Assembly: GCA_965153455.1 (NCBI GenBank)
Contig: OZ234493.1
Span: forward strand, 16,420,213 to 16,484,212
Direction of reading: 5' to 3'
Length of the DNA: 64,000 nt
DNA from: Sphagnum compactum
Lineage: Eukaryota
Below the pieces are notes generated by a model. It worked only from the letters and a program-made list of their open reading frames with translations. It did no database searches and was not told where the DNA came from. How positions within the stretch are numbered: position 1 is the stretch's first letter; each line of letters opens with the position of its first letter. Below, piece by piece: positions 52,364 through 64,000 of this stretch. A program made the translations under genes and the position numbers.

Positions 52364-53992
52364 AGATTTGAATGGGAATGCATTAAATGGGCAAATAGCA
52401 AACACTTTCAATTCAATCTTTGGAAAACAAAATAAAAAACTCTTGTTGTTGCAAATATTGGACTTGTCTTCAAATCAATTGATTGGCATCATGCTTAAAA
52501 TGCCACTTGCCACTTGACTCAATTGCTAGTGATTGAACAAACCTTAGAACTTCAATAGCTAGTTGAAGCTCTTTTTTTGTTTATAATAAACTATGGTATT
52601 TATATGCAAGTTAAGAAAAACACATAAAAAAATCTTTGATACATAAAGTCCTTGATGTTTTGTCCATACCCTAAACTCTAAATTCAATTTGTAAATGTTT
52701 TTAGGCTTATCTACACATGAGGAAATTTTGTTTGCCCACCTTAGTTTGGGTGCAATCATATGTACTTAAAATAACAACATTAAAAGGATGTTTGGTCATT
52801 TTGCATAATGGACATCGAGGTGTTTCTCAACTTGTGGTGGAATTTTGAATATTGTGACGTTTTCATCAATGTTCATGTTGATGTTGTATTTTAACTAGAT
52901 TGTATAAATGATTAAGTAAGGGTAGACAACTAACAAAGACATGCAAAGAATGTTATTATTGAATATATAAATAAGAAGCTTTAGAAGAGGTGGTTATTTG
53001 GAAACATAAGTGTTTGAATAATTCCTAAACAAGGACTAGGGAAACCTCTATGAAATTCGTAAAATAGCCAATCCCAAAAATGTTGATTGTAGAAACATTA
53101 ACCATAATCAACTTGATGGAACTCTTGATGCCTTTTTTGGATCATTGATCAACATTTATGGAATCACCAACTTGGACATTTCATATTACAAATTTTCAAG
53201 GAATGTTTCAAGTTCATTCCATAACCTTAATGTTGGTTTGTTAGTGTTGTGAGTAAACAAAAACCTTTCAATGAAGTGGTTGCATCATGTTTTCTTTTCA
53301 CCTTTAATGTACATTGGAAATTTTGATCGTATTATATATGCAATGATGGGACTCTTAGTAATTGCTCTTCTAGTAATGGTTATTAAAAAAATTTGCTATA
53401 TTTGATATCAATATATTCATTTGGACAAATTATTCCAACTCAGAATACTAATCTAGGGCATGATTAAAGTTATCATACATTTGAAACAAGTTGAAAATTT
53501 CAATCTTGAGCCCCTTTTTTTTAATATGTCAAGTGGGAATATTTAACCTCTTTAAAAACTTATTATAATATATGGTGTATGATGAATAATCTTAATATCA
53601 TAATGAGAAATCACGAATTCATTGGGGGAAATTTCAATTTATTTTCCAAGAAAGGTTATAATAAAATAATTCATTAATAATTTACAGATCATGGAAAGTA
53701 TTGAAATTCTCATTAAAATGGATTTTGAAATGGATTTGTCTCGATTGAACTTAAATGTACAACTAATAGGATGGATTAAGCTATAAAAAGATATTGAAAC
53801 AAACTTTTGGTTGAATGGTTCTCTTTGGATATTCCTTTGTTTTGTAGGTTGATGAACAATAATAACTTCAATGGTGATTTTCTTAATGTACCATCAACAC
53901 TTCAAATTTTGGACATATCTAAAAATAAATTTGATGGAAGCTTTCCAACATTTAATTCTTCAAATTGTTCATTATCTTTCAAATATTTTTAA
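52364..53992 (+). pseudogene. Degenerate plant LRR (receptor-like protein/kinase ectodomain) exons at ~52364-52530, ~53093-53249, ~53848-53992
   Basis: AG-preceded fragments DLNGNALNGQI...LQILDLSSNQLIG, NINHNQLDGTL...ITNLDIS and LMNNNNFNGDF...LQILDISKNKFDGSFP fit the LxxLDLSxNxL/FxGxxP consensus. They contain frameshifts and stops, and no downstream TM or kinase was found. Confidence 0.78.
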
Positions 53993-54278
53993 GTGCTTCA
54001 AATTTTCATCATTGCAAGACCTAAAATGTTTGTTTATTGCAATGAATTTGTTCTATATTAAGGAGTTATTTGTTAACTCCTCCTTCAATCAAAATTTTGA
54101 AAATTAAAGAGATTTAATAATTTAAAACAACATATGCTACACTAATAATCTATTTGTATAGTGTGTCCAGCATACCCACCATGAAATTAAGAGCTATAGG
54201 GTTCAAGTGCAATTAATTTAAACTAAGATTACACATAGAAAAAGTCCAAAACATTACATCAAGCAATTATTATACATT

Positions 54279-54389
54279 CACTACAACAAAAGGTGTCCCT
54301 GTACACCAAGCAATTTCACTGGATTTTGAGTGAATTCACTGGTCTAGTGAACAGGGACTAATGAATTGCACTCACATTTTGTAGTAGTG
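54279..54389. mobile_element. Miniature CACTA element, 111 bp
   Basis: TIRs CACTACAACAAAAGGTG / CACATTTTGTAGTAGTG (15/17 complementary), with 3-bp TSD ATT on both sides. Confidence 0.88.
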
Positions 54390-55085
54390 ATTGCAATTTG
54401 AAAAACAATTTACATTCTAATTGTCAATCCAAATCCAAGCAAAAACATCTTTTGTCTCCTTTCTAGAGGAAAACTAATGGTCGTTTGAACATTTCCAACA
54501 TCAAAACAATTATATAATCACTTGATTGTCAAATTGGTTGACAAAATCATAATGCATGCATGGCATTCTTTCCATTTGATTTTTTCTTTTTTTATTCAAG
54601 GTCTTGCAAAGTTCACATGTTGCACACTTTAGCTTGAATATAACCTACTAGGATGGGATACTTGTTATTTCCCACAATAATAAGTTTGCAAAAATGCATA
54701 AAAGTCTATCTTTTTAACATACATAATGTGCTTTCAATCAAGCCAAAATCTTGTTATGTCCAAATGTGTATTAAAACCACTTGGTTATCAGGGTCATTAT
54801 AATCCTTTAGGAATCAAAAAGGAATTTAATCATGTTAATTTCAATTTGCACTTCATCAAATTTATCTGAACCACTATGTTTTGGTGCAAGCACATAAAAA
54901 TTAGTACAAAATACGAATATTATTATTCTTGCTTGAATACTTTATTATTCACAATGAATAATTACTGTAAACAAAAATATCAACCAGTAGGTTCAAATTA
55001 GTTTTAGTGGGATTGGGGGTGTTCAACCTTCAACTATGTACATAAACAATGTGAAACATCTTTTAGTAATTGGATCGGACACAAC

Positions 55086-56072
55086 ATGTGTGGGGATTAC
55101 CATCTAGTGAATAAATGGACCCATTTGGACAAATATGCCATGCCCGTACTAGAGGAGATTTTTGATGGCCTTGGTCAAGCCAAGGTTTTCAATACCTTGG
55201 ATTGAGGTCTGGCTACCATCAATTGCCATTGAAGGAGGGTGATAAGGTCAAAACAACATTTTGGGGAATCAATCATCATAGGAAGGATTGTTTGTATAAA
55301 TGGAAGTTTTTGCCATTTTTTTTAAAGAACATCTTTACAAAGTTTAAAAGGGTTGTGGATCAAAAATGTTAGCAGGTTTTGGTTTTTCTAAGTCCTACGT
55401 TCATAACATTATTGTTTTTAGCCTAACCCTAGGACGTCACATGCATCATTTGTAGGAGGTGTTTGGAAGACTTCAACAACATAACCTTAGGCTTCATTTA
55501 CACAATTGCTGATTCTTTCATACTCAAGTGGAATATCTAGGTCATATGATTTATCGAAGTGGATTAAAGGTTCAAAAGGCCAAGGTTAAAGTAATTTCAC
55601 AAGTTCCCCAACCTACAAATGTGAATTGGTTATGAACTTTTATAGGCTTTTGTAACTACTACCCAAAAGTTTGTGAAAGGTTTTAGTAGCATAGCCAAAC
55701 CTATGATGTAATTAACACAAATTGATTGGGAATTCATTTGGGGTGGTGAAGCACAAAAGTAAAATTCAAGAATTGAAAGGCATCCAAGGATGACCATTTC
55801 AATTACACATTAATTAAAATAGTTTAAGGTTGGGGGTTATACTTACCCAATTTGATGATGATGGTTGAAATGTGGTGGCATATGTCAATCAGTTCAATGA
55901 TAAGACGAAGGCCAAATACAACTCATGTGAAGGGGAGTGCTTTGCAATTGTTTGGGATGTGTGTTCATTTAGATGTTATCTTTATGGTAGCCCAATTATT
56001 TTGATTACTAATCACCAATTATTCAAATTTTTGATGGAGTTAGATCAACTCATACGAAAGTTAACCAGGTGA
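55086..56072 (+). mobile_element. Ty3/Gypsy LTR-retrotransposon pol relic (RT and RNase H)
   Basis: MCGDYHLVNKWTHLDKYAMPVLEEIFDGLGQAKVFNTLD/LRSGYHQLPL...KTTFWG, VEYLGHMI, FIGFCNYY and KYNSCEGECFAIVWDVCSFRCYLYGSPIILITNHQ...KLTR, with many frameshifts and stops. Confidence 0.92.
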
Positions 56073-57429
56073 TATTAGAAGAAATTTGAAAATCAACGAT
56101 TGAATTTGTGATTCATTTGTAATCATAATGGACACATGCAACTATAAATAATCTAGTTGCTTCATATAAGTGCCATAAGATAATTAGTCACAAAAGACAT
56201 GGTCATGAAGTTAAAAGTGTACTCACAAACCTTATGACTAGGCCATAATTTTTCATCTTTTGTCATGGATGATCTTTAATATGACATGAAACCCCATTTT
56301 GTAATTGCATTTGTGACTACATTTGGAATAGTCACATGCTACCAAATGTCCCATTGATGGGTGGTTTGGATTTAACCACGTGGTAGTTTGTAGAGCTAAT
56401 GGCCATAAAACATGTGGCAATTTTCCATTTGTTCAAGAAAGATATAATATAATTATAATAATTATATATTATAAGTATAATAACTAAATATTTTATTGAA
56501 ATAAATAAAAATGTAATTATAATAATTAAATATGTAGTACCTATCCTATTTATTACCTATTACCTAGCATAATTAATTAATATAAAAACATGATCACATA
56601 TTCACACAATAAAATAATTAATTTACCTACTACCTATCCTACTTACTACCTTTACCAAATCTACTAATTAATTAATGACTTAGTTTACCAACTACCTACC
56701 TAGTTTACATAGCCTAACTAGATTTAACCTTCATAGCCTAACCTACTAGCTATGCCTAGTAAACTAACCTATTACTACCTATAGATAATTTAGGCTAATT
56801 AATTAAGTATGTAAGCTAGGCTACCAATGTACATAGTCTTACCTAGTTTAATTTAGCCTATTAAGCTTACCTGACTTAATTTACCTACTAAGTTACAATA
56901 ACCTTTTTTAGCAACCTATTAGTCAATAAATTAATTTGTACACTTGGAATTGAAATATAAAAAATTTCACATGTCATTTAATCATTTAATTACACAATGC
57001 CAAAATGTGGTTTTTATGACTTAAACATCTTGTGATTAATGTTCAAACATAGTCATCTAATTTTAGGTGGCCTTTAGTCATTATCATCTTAATAACTATG
57101 GTCAAAATTATAACTACATCATTATATATATGATGATAATTGAAATTAAAAGTAATTATGACTAAAATATGACCACACAATTGGTGTATTCATATTGAAA
57201 CAATATTTTTGAAATAGTATAACCAAATTCACTTTAGTTTGAAATGGACCAACAAAATCTAGTTCAATTTACCATAACTTAGATTGACCTACTTTAACAC
57301 AATTTAACGTATTTTAGTTCAATTTAAATTAATTAACATATCTAGTTTAACCTAATGTAGCCTAATGTAACAATTCAATATAATTTTAAATAATTTATCT
57401 TCATTTAATTATCCTCATTTTAACCTAAA

Positions 57430-58950
57430 AATATATGAATAATTTAGTTTACATTAGTTTAGCCAATTTTAGCTAGTTTAAAAATTACCAAATTGATTTA
57501 AAATAACCAAAAATAACCCAAATTTAACCAAGTTTACCCTAAGTAGTTTATATAAGTAATATATATAAATACTCTAGTTTACTTTAGTTTAGCCAATTTT
57601 AGCTAGTTTTTAAAATAAAACCAAATTAACCAAATTAAAGAAAAATAACCAAAAATAATCCAAATTTAACCAAGTTTAATGTCAATACCCTAGTTTAGCC
57701 TAACTTATCCAAACTTTTCCAAGTTTAACCAAGTTTAATTTTAAAATAATCATGTTTAGCCACAATACCCTAGTTTACCCTAGGGTAAACTAAATTTACC
57801 CTAGTTCAACTAAATTTAATTTAAGTAACCATGTTTAACCAAATTTTGCCTCGATATTGTAATTTAACATAATTTATCCAAATTTTGCCAAGTTTAATTT
57901 AAATAGCCATGTTTAGCCAAAATTTGTTTCAATACCTTTGTGTGGTCGAATGTATATAAGTTTTGCCAAATGTAACTAGGTTTAACCTAAGTAACCAAAT
58001 TTTGTTAAATTTTGCCAAGTTTAAGCAAAATGAACCTAAATATCCATGTTTAGCTAATTTTTGCCATGTTTTGCCTCTATATCGTAGTTTAACCTAATTT
58101 ATTTAGGTTTTTCCAAGTTTATTTTCAATAAATTAATTTAATTGAGTTTATTTAAGTTTTTCCAAATGGAACCATGTTTAATTGAAGTAGCCAAATTTTG
58201 CCAAGTTTTGTTAAATCTAACCAAATTTCATTTAAATAACCATGTTTAGCCAATTTTGCTAAGTTTTGCCAAGTTTCACCTAAATAACTATGTTTAACCA
58301 TTTTTGTTCAGTTTTGCCAAATTTAGTTTAAATAGCCATGTTTAGCCAAATTTTGCCAAGTCTAGCCAAATTTATCCAAAATAACTATGTTTAACCAAGT
58401 TTTTCCAAGTCTAACCAAGTTAAACTAAAATAACCATGTTTACTCAAATTTTGCTAAGTTTTGCCAAGTCTAACCATGTTCAACTAAAATAACCATGTTT
58501 AACCAAATCTTGTTAAATTTTGCCTAGTCTAACCAAGTTTAACCAAAATAGCCATCTTTAGCCAAGTTTTCATAAATTTTGTCAATTTTAACCAAGTTTA
58601 ACCAAAATAGGGCTCCATGTTTAGCCAAGTTTTGTTAAGGTTTGCCAAGTTTAATCAAGTTTGATTAAGTTTCGCCAAGTCTAACTAATTTTAACCAAAA
58701 TAACCATGTTTAACCAAATTTTGTTAAGTTTTGCTCAATTTTGCTAGGTTCAATCTAAATAGGCATGTTTAGCCAAATTTTGTCAAATTTTGCCAAATTT
58801 ATCTTAAATAACTTTGTTTAATCAAGTTTTACCAAGTTTTTCCAAGTTTTGCCTCAATACCTTAGTTTAGCTTAATTTATCTAAGTTTCGCCAAGTTTAT
58901 CCTTAACACCCTAATTTAGCCAAATTTATCTAAATTTTGCTAAATATGAT
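57430..58950. repeat. AT-rich decamer-based satellite with higher-order 40-60 bp units
   Basis: Repeating 10-mers ttaaccaagt / tttgccaagt / ttagccaaat / ataaccatgt. Confidence 0.85.
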
Positions 58951-59559
58951 TGGGTTTTGCAAATTTTTATTTTAATGTTTTAATTTAATTAAAATTTTCC
59001 AAGTCTAATTAAATTTATCGTCTAGTTTGATCTAATTAATACCTTGGTACCTTGGCTAATTCAACATTAATTATTTTATTTTTAAAAATGTTCAAATTTT
59101 CAAAAAATATGTCTTTTAAATCAAAAAATATATTGTGAAGGAAAATAATGAATATTGAAGAATATTTCATTTGTTGAAATGAATTTTTCCAAAAAAATAA
59201 TTATTCGAGGAACATGTGTTAAAATGGCCAAGGTATTACGATATTAATTTTGTTAGGTTTTGCCAAGTTTGGTTAAGTTTAGCTTAAATAATTGTGTTTA
59301 GTTTAATTTATGCTAGTTTAATCAAAGTTTAGTTTACTTTAACCCAATCTAAATTTGTATTAGTTTATTACTTAGTAGGCCTACATTTAGGTTATGAATG
59401 CCTAAGTTAATTTAAGTTAACTTATGTTAACCAAGGTTAAGCTATTAAGTAGACTAAATTAGTCTAAATCAAACTAGGTTAACTTAAGGCAAGTTAGGTT
59501 AACTTGAGTTAAAAATATTATAATTTATTAATTAATGATAAATAATAGGTACATTTAAT

Positions 59560-59633
59560 AAATATTGTGGTGCCATGGTTAAGGACTTGTTCCTCAAAAT
59601 GGATGTGGGGGAGTTCAAATCTTCCCACTTGCA
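59560..59633 (+). other. tRNA-like (A-box/B-box) relic, possible SINE head
   Basis: TGGTGCCATGGTTAAG resembles an A box and D loop; GGGAG-TTCAAAT-CTTCC forms a T-arm/B box at tRNA-like spacing. No proper acceptor or anticodon stems. Confidence 0.4.
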
Positions 59634-60767
59634 CGCCTAAACACTTAAATGCTTAAATACTTTGGTGGCTTACGTAACTTAATAAACTTTTTTACTGCCT
59701 AGGTTAAGTTGTTTAGAATAGGCTTTCTAGGTTAGGTGGCCTAGGTTAGGCTTTCTAGGCTTGACCCTTTAGGTTAAGAAACTAGCACGTTGCAATATTT
59801 GATTAGAAAATATATATATACTTTTTTTGCTTTAAAAAAAAATTGTGGCACATGGCACTTTGTGAGGTTATCATGTGTCTTGTTGGATCCAGGATTATAT
59901 TATTTGTAACTATAGTCCTGACAAATCATAGTCGTCAATGTGGTTGCGATAACTGCGACTAATCGTATTTACAACGTGGTCTTATGTAGTCATCTCCATT
60001 CATATATATTTTTCATCAAAACATCTTGTAACAGTTTTGAAAAATCTTAGCTAGTACTTGCAATCTACCGAAGGTTTGCCTTGTAGGTTATTGTAGTCTT
60101 TTTAGGTCTAGTGGTTTGTGGGGTGGCTATTTGTTTACATTCAAACCTATCAACTAGGTACTTATGAATGTTACTAAAGATCACATGTAGTTTGAAATGG
60201 TTTTCAAAAGGTTGAAAAAATTTCGCATCGAATTTCATATGAAATGGTGGTTTTTGTGTGATGCTATTGAAATCTACGTAACAGGTTGATGCTCTACTCG
60301 ACATAGATCTTCACAATGGGTATGCATGTGATTGTGTACACATGGTGTTGTTGCTTCATTGGTGAACCACATTTTTTCCCTTCAACCTTGTTGGTTTTGT
60401 TGTCAATGCTGACACGTTTAGGTGAGGGACATTGGCAATGTTGTTGCTTGGTGCATTGGTTTTTTTTGTCACTTCTTAAAGTTGTGCATCATTATTTTGT
60501 AGGTTTTCGAGCAATTTTTGTGCTTGTAAAAAAAAAGGTCTGACCATATGGTAGCGTTGATGATGTTGAATTCTACCAAAAACCAAGCCATTTGATATGG
60601 AGCTAAAATGCCACGCACAACTTTGCGAATCAAGCCTGTGGTTGTGTCCATCGTGAGTTCAGCTTCAATGTCTGCATGCGAAATGTGCAAGGTGTCCATG
60701 AGTAACTTTACATTTCCTAGAATGCCAAGAATCAAACAAAAATGAATGTCTATATGAAAACAAAATT

Positions 60768-61085
60768 TTAAAAAATGAATTTATAAATTCGAAAAAATGA
60801 ATGCCAAGGTGCCAGCATCTTGTTATGTTGTTCCAGGAATTTGGTTTTCTTCAGAACGTAGCTATCCACAAATTGGTTCGCTTCGATGGAACACCTGAAA
60901 GCGAGGGGCACAAGATATCCTTTGTAACCGCACACATCCAGAAGTTGCAACTGGCTGTCGGTCGGATAGTAAGTTTCTTGGTCTTTCTTCGCTTTTTTGT
61001 CAATCGACGCAAGGGTGAATTCGATGAGCTCCTTCTTCAACTTCTTGAGCAGCGCGCCATAATCTGCAGTTTTCGGTGGAGCCAT
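60768..61085 (-). CDS. Unassigned ORF (MAPPKTADYGALLKKLKKEL...), possibly the 5' part of a disrupted longer gene
   Basis: About 105 codons from ATG 61085 with natural-looking composition, followed by further open stretches at 60469-60735 and 60065-60304 in other frames. No family recognised. Confidence 0.35.
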   Translation of the reverse strand: MAPPKTADYGALLKKLKKELIEFTLASIDKKAKKDQETYYPTDSQLQLLDVCGYKGYLVPLAFRCSIEANQFVDSYVLKKTKFLEQHNKMLAPWHSFFRIYKFIF

Positions 61086-61844
61086 GTTCAGTGCCTGCGT
61101 TATCTTAACATGTACACTAAAGAAAGTTCTTGAAACTTGTTTGAGGTTTGTTAAGTGACGGCAGATTGCGTGAGAGCGATCAACACAATGGCAGACTGTG
61201 TGAGAGAGATTTACACACCGGTAACACAACGACAGATTGTGTGGGTAACGGTAAGAAGTATTTTGAAAGAAATTTGTTTGGGTGTTTGAACAATTTTTAG
61301 GTAGCAATGGGCATCTGGCAGATGCACTGTGTATGGATTGGTCAATAAAAAAAAGCCTGTGCCAACTCCTAAATTATCCCTGTTGCTGTGATGAGGAAGG
61401 AGAGAACCGATCTTGAACATGAAGAATGAGCAAGTGTCAGAAGTGAGTCAGAGGTGAGTCATACTCTAATAATTGCAACATCAGCAGTTGTTGTATACAG
61501 AATTCGTTTTCTGCAGAGTCCACCGGGCTTGTATTTCCTTTTTAGCCTCTGCAGAAGCACCAAGTTTCAAGGGATTTTTTTTTGGCAATTGCATTCTCTA
61601 GTAGGAGGAGAAAGAAGGTCTTGACAGATACGGCAAGTGTCTGATGGAGCGCAAACAGGCACCAGTAACAACAACAGTTCGGATGTAAGCAAAACTTTTA
61701 GGGTTGTTTATCAAGATTGGAAAATTTTGGGTTCCTCAATTTGTTTGCGAGGAGAAAGAATTTGTTGGAGTTCTGAAGAGTGTTCTGTGATTGGTGGAAA
61801 GAGGAGAGGAAGAGTTCAGATTTCCAGAGAAAGAAGGAGGCGCA

Positions 61845-62820
61845 ATGTTGCGATCAAGTCGAGCATTGAGAGGATTTCTGGGTGTTATTATATCGGTATC
61901 GGCATCATCATTGGCCTTTGCGTCTCCTTCTATCTTTACTAATGCCAATGAAATGGGCGCCATCGCTGTCGTCTCTTCCGCTGCTTGTAAGGTAAAATTC
62001 TTATGTGTTCTCCTTCTTGGACTATAGTATGGTAATGGAACTTCTGGAGGATGAAAAGAGAGCTGAGAACTTGTTAGGGTTTTCTTGTTCAGGCAGTTCG
62101 TGGACACGGAGCGAAACGATCCATAGATGAACATGTCGAGGTTTTTTCTTTTCTTTTCTTTTCAGACACCCATTTGGTTTTTTTGTGAAATATAGTCCTG
62201 ATATGCTAGAGCATCATACTAGATTGAATTTGGATTTATTAATATTTTTTTAATTTTTTGGGTTTCATTTTTTTTCCTGTTGGAATTCTAGGTACCTTTG
62301 CCCAATTTTGGAGTTGCAGGAAAGTATGCCTTAGCCCTGTACATAACAACAGTGCGGAAAAATGCTTTGGAGCTTGTTGAGGCAGACCTGCAACAAGTTT
62401 GTGGTGCTGCAGAGACCAATCTTTTGTTTGCTGATTTTCACAAGGACCCATCTGTTTTAAAAACAGTCAGGGTGAAAGCAATTGTGGACATTTTCAAGAA
62501 CATCAAGTTCAATGATGTCATGGAGAACTTCCTAGGTATGGGATTGTACCTTTATCACACAAACCACTTCTTTTCTGGTCTTCATATAGCCAATTAGGGT
62601 TTAAGGACAGCACATAAGCATATGCTTGTTGTGATGTGAAAATAGGAGATAGTTTAAGGGTAAGGGTAAGTCTCTCAGTTTAGTTTTTCCTCAGCTCAAC
62701 AGGCCTTTGATGCATGTATTTTGCCTATTTTAGGGACTTACAAAACAAGAGTTGGAAGACATAAAGAATGCAATGAAGGGTTGTTTGAAGCCAGGCCGGA
62801 CCCTTAAGATTGAGCAGAAG
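61845..62820 (+). pseudogene. ATP5O: Mitochondrial ATP synthase subunit O (OSCP/delta) homolog, apparently incomplete; exons 61845-61991, 62292-62535, 62734-62820
   Basis: Presequence-like MLRSSRALRG..., then VPLPNFGVAGKYALALY...LELVEADL...KDPSV...RVKAI...ENFL and GLTKQELEDIKNAMKGCLKPGRTLKIEQK. The expected ENGRL-containing exon and an intact final IDxSIxGG exon were not found, and exon phases (1 versus 0) do not match. Confidence 0.75.
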
Positions 62821-64000
62821 GTAATGTCCTGATGTGCCTAAAATACTGGCTGCATTTTCCCATCTGTACAATTGCACTTTCTGACATCTTGCTCAACTGT
62901 CTGCCTACCTATCCTGAATAACTTGAAGCAGCAAATGGGCTTTGTAGATGGCTATTCCTTTCAGACATTTTACTGCCTCATGAACCAGTTCTTAGCATGC
63001 TAGACCCTTCTATTTGTGATGAAGTTGAATGATCTGATAGAATTGATTGCTCTCTCCTTTTTTCCAAAAACCATCTTGAATTGTTCAGGAGGGTTCTTGA
63101 GTATGGAGAATGCAAGAAAAACCAAAATGGTACTGGAAGTTGTCTCTAGGAGGTAAACTCTGTCCAACAAATGAATGAGACTCTCAAAGCAAAACAGTTT
63201 CCTTTCAGGATGTGGTGGAGGTTATGGCCACAAGAAGATCGATGAAGTAAGATGCATTGGTGATGGTGAGGGGAAAGGTGCAAAGCAAAGCCTCTGTGGA
63301 ATCCAAAGACAAGAACCATGACACAGGTGCACTCACAGCACAAAATGTCAATGAGAATGCGGTATACTTGGAGATGACGCAGACCATAAGCACCTATTCT
63401 TCTCTATCACATCTCTAATTTTTGATGAACCAGATGTTTTTCTATGGGAGCGAGGGGAAATTTTTCACAGAATTCTGAGATGTGGTGATGTTGATACCAA
63501 TCTGTCATAGTATCTTTTCTGTGTTCATACAAGGTATCTGAGTGGTATGCTCTCCATAATGTGCAGCAGAGAAGTTCACTATCGTTGATCCCTCTTCTTC
63601 TTTCAACCTGTGAGCCTGATGTTTACTGGCATGTTGCTGCAAGTGGATGTTGGTTTCAATGTACATGAATGGAGAGGCATCTTTGGGTGGAGTTACGAAT
63701 GGAGGGTGATTTTGGGATGGGGTTCTCGTAAGGAGCAAGTCACAGTTTTAAGGCGCAAGGTACTTCCACATTTTGCTTCCCATTCATTGTTTTTTTTGTC
63801 TGACCCAATTGGAAACCCTTATCTTACAGGTTTTTCCATTCTTCTTGCTTCATCCACTCTGCCTTTTCATCTTTGCCTTCTTTTGCATCAAAACTCCCAG
63901 AAACATAACCAGTTGGAGAAACCATCGATATCATGACATCCATCGGTAAATGTTATTTATGTGTGACTGATTTTCTTCTTCCTTCCTACTACCCCAATTG

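Larger units (their letters stand above)
56073..60050. mobile_element. Degenerate non-autonomous CACTA-like element; right end not resolved
   Basis: Left end TATTAGAAGAAA is CACTAGAAGAAA with two C>T changes and cuts the Gypsy relic. Subterminal tagtcaca/gcgacta motifs and (CCTA)n tracts resemble 33744-35301 in inverted orientation. Confidence 0.5.

Noticed and set aside
63146-63936. Short ORFs at the window end
   Set aside because: No recognisable homology or consistent exon chain within the window.

Overview
Eukaryotic, intron-rich, AT-rich plant nuclear DNA. Gene content and repeat style suggest a bryophyte such as a Sphagnum-like moss (inference). The left half (1-30 kb) carries four apparently intact spliced genes separated by decayed DNA transposons and MITEs. 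These are a DUF4050-family gene (3' part), an Apple/PAN-like domain membrane protein, a conserved plastid-type unknown protein, and a makorin C3H/RING E3 ligase; the last two lie head-to-head. The right half (30-64 kb) is an accessory, TE-rich zone with CACTA elements, a Ty3/Gypsy RT-RNaseH relic, LRR exon relics, a decamer satellite and a damaged mitochondrial ATP synthase OSCP copy. The standout feature is a minus-strand gene fusing 15 near-identical 102-bp (34-aa) TPR units plus one capping unit directly to an intact non-RD RLK/Pelle kinase, with no transmembrane segment. Unit-to-unit variation is concentrated at adjacent TPR positions 5-6 (and 9, 12-13), the classical ligand-binding face. 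This makes it a candidate recombination-diversified intracellular receptor kinase. All family assignments are by motif recognition only; no searches were run.
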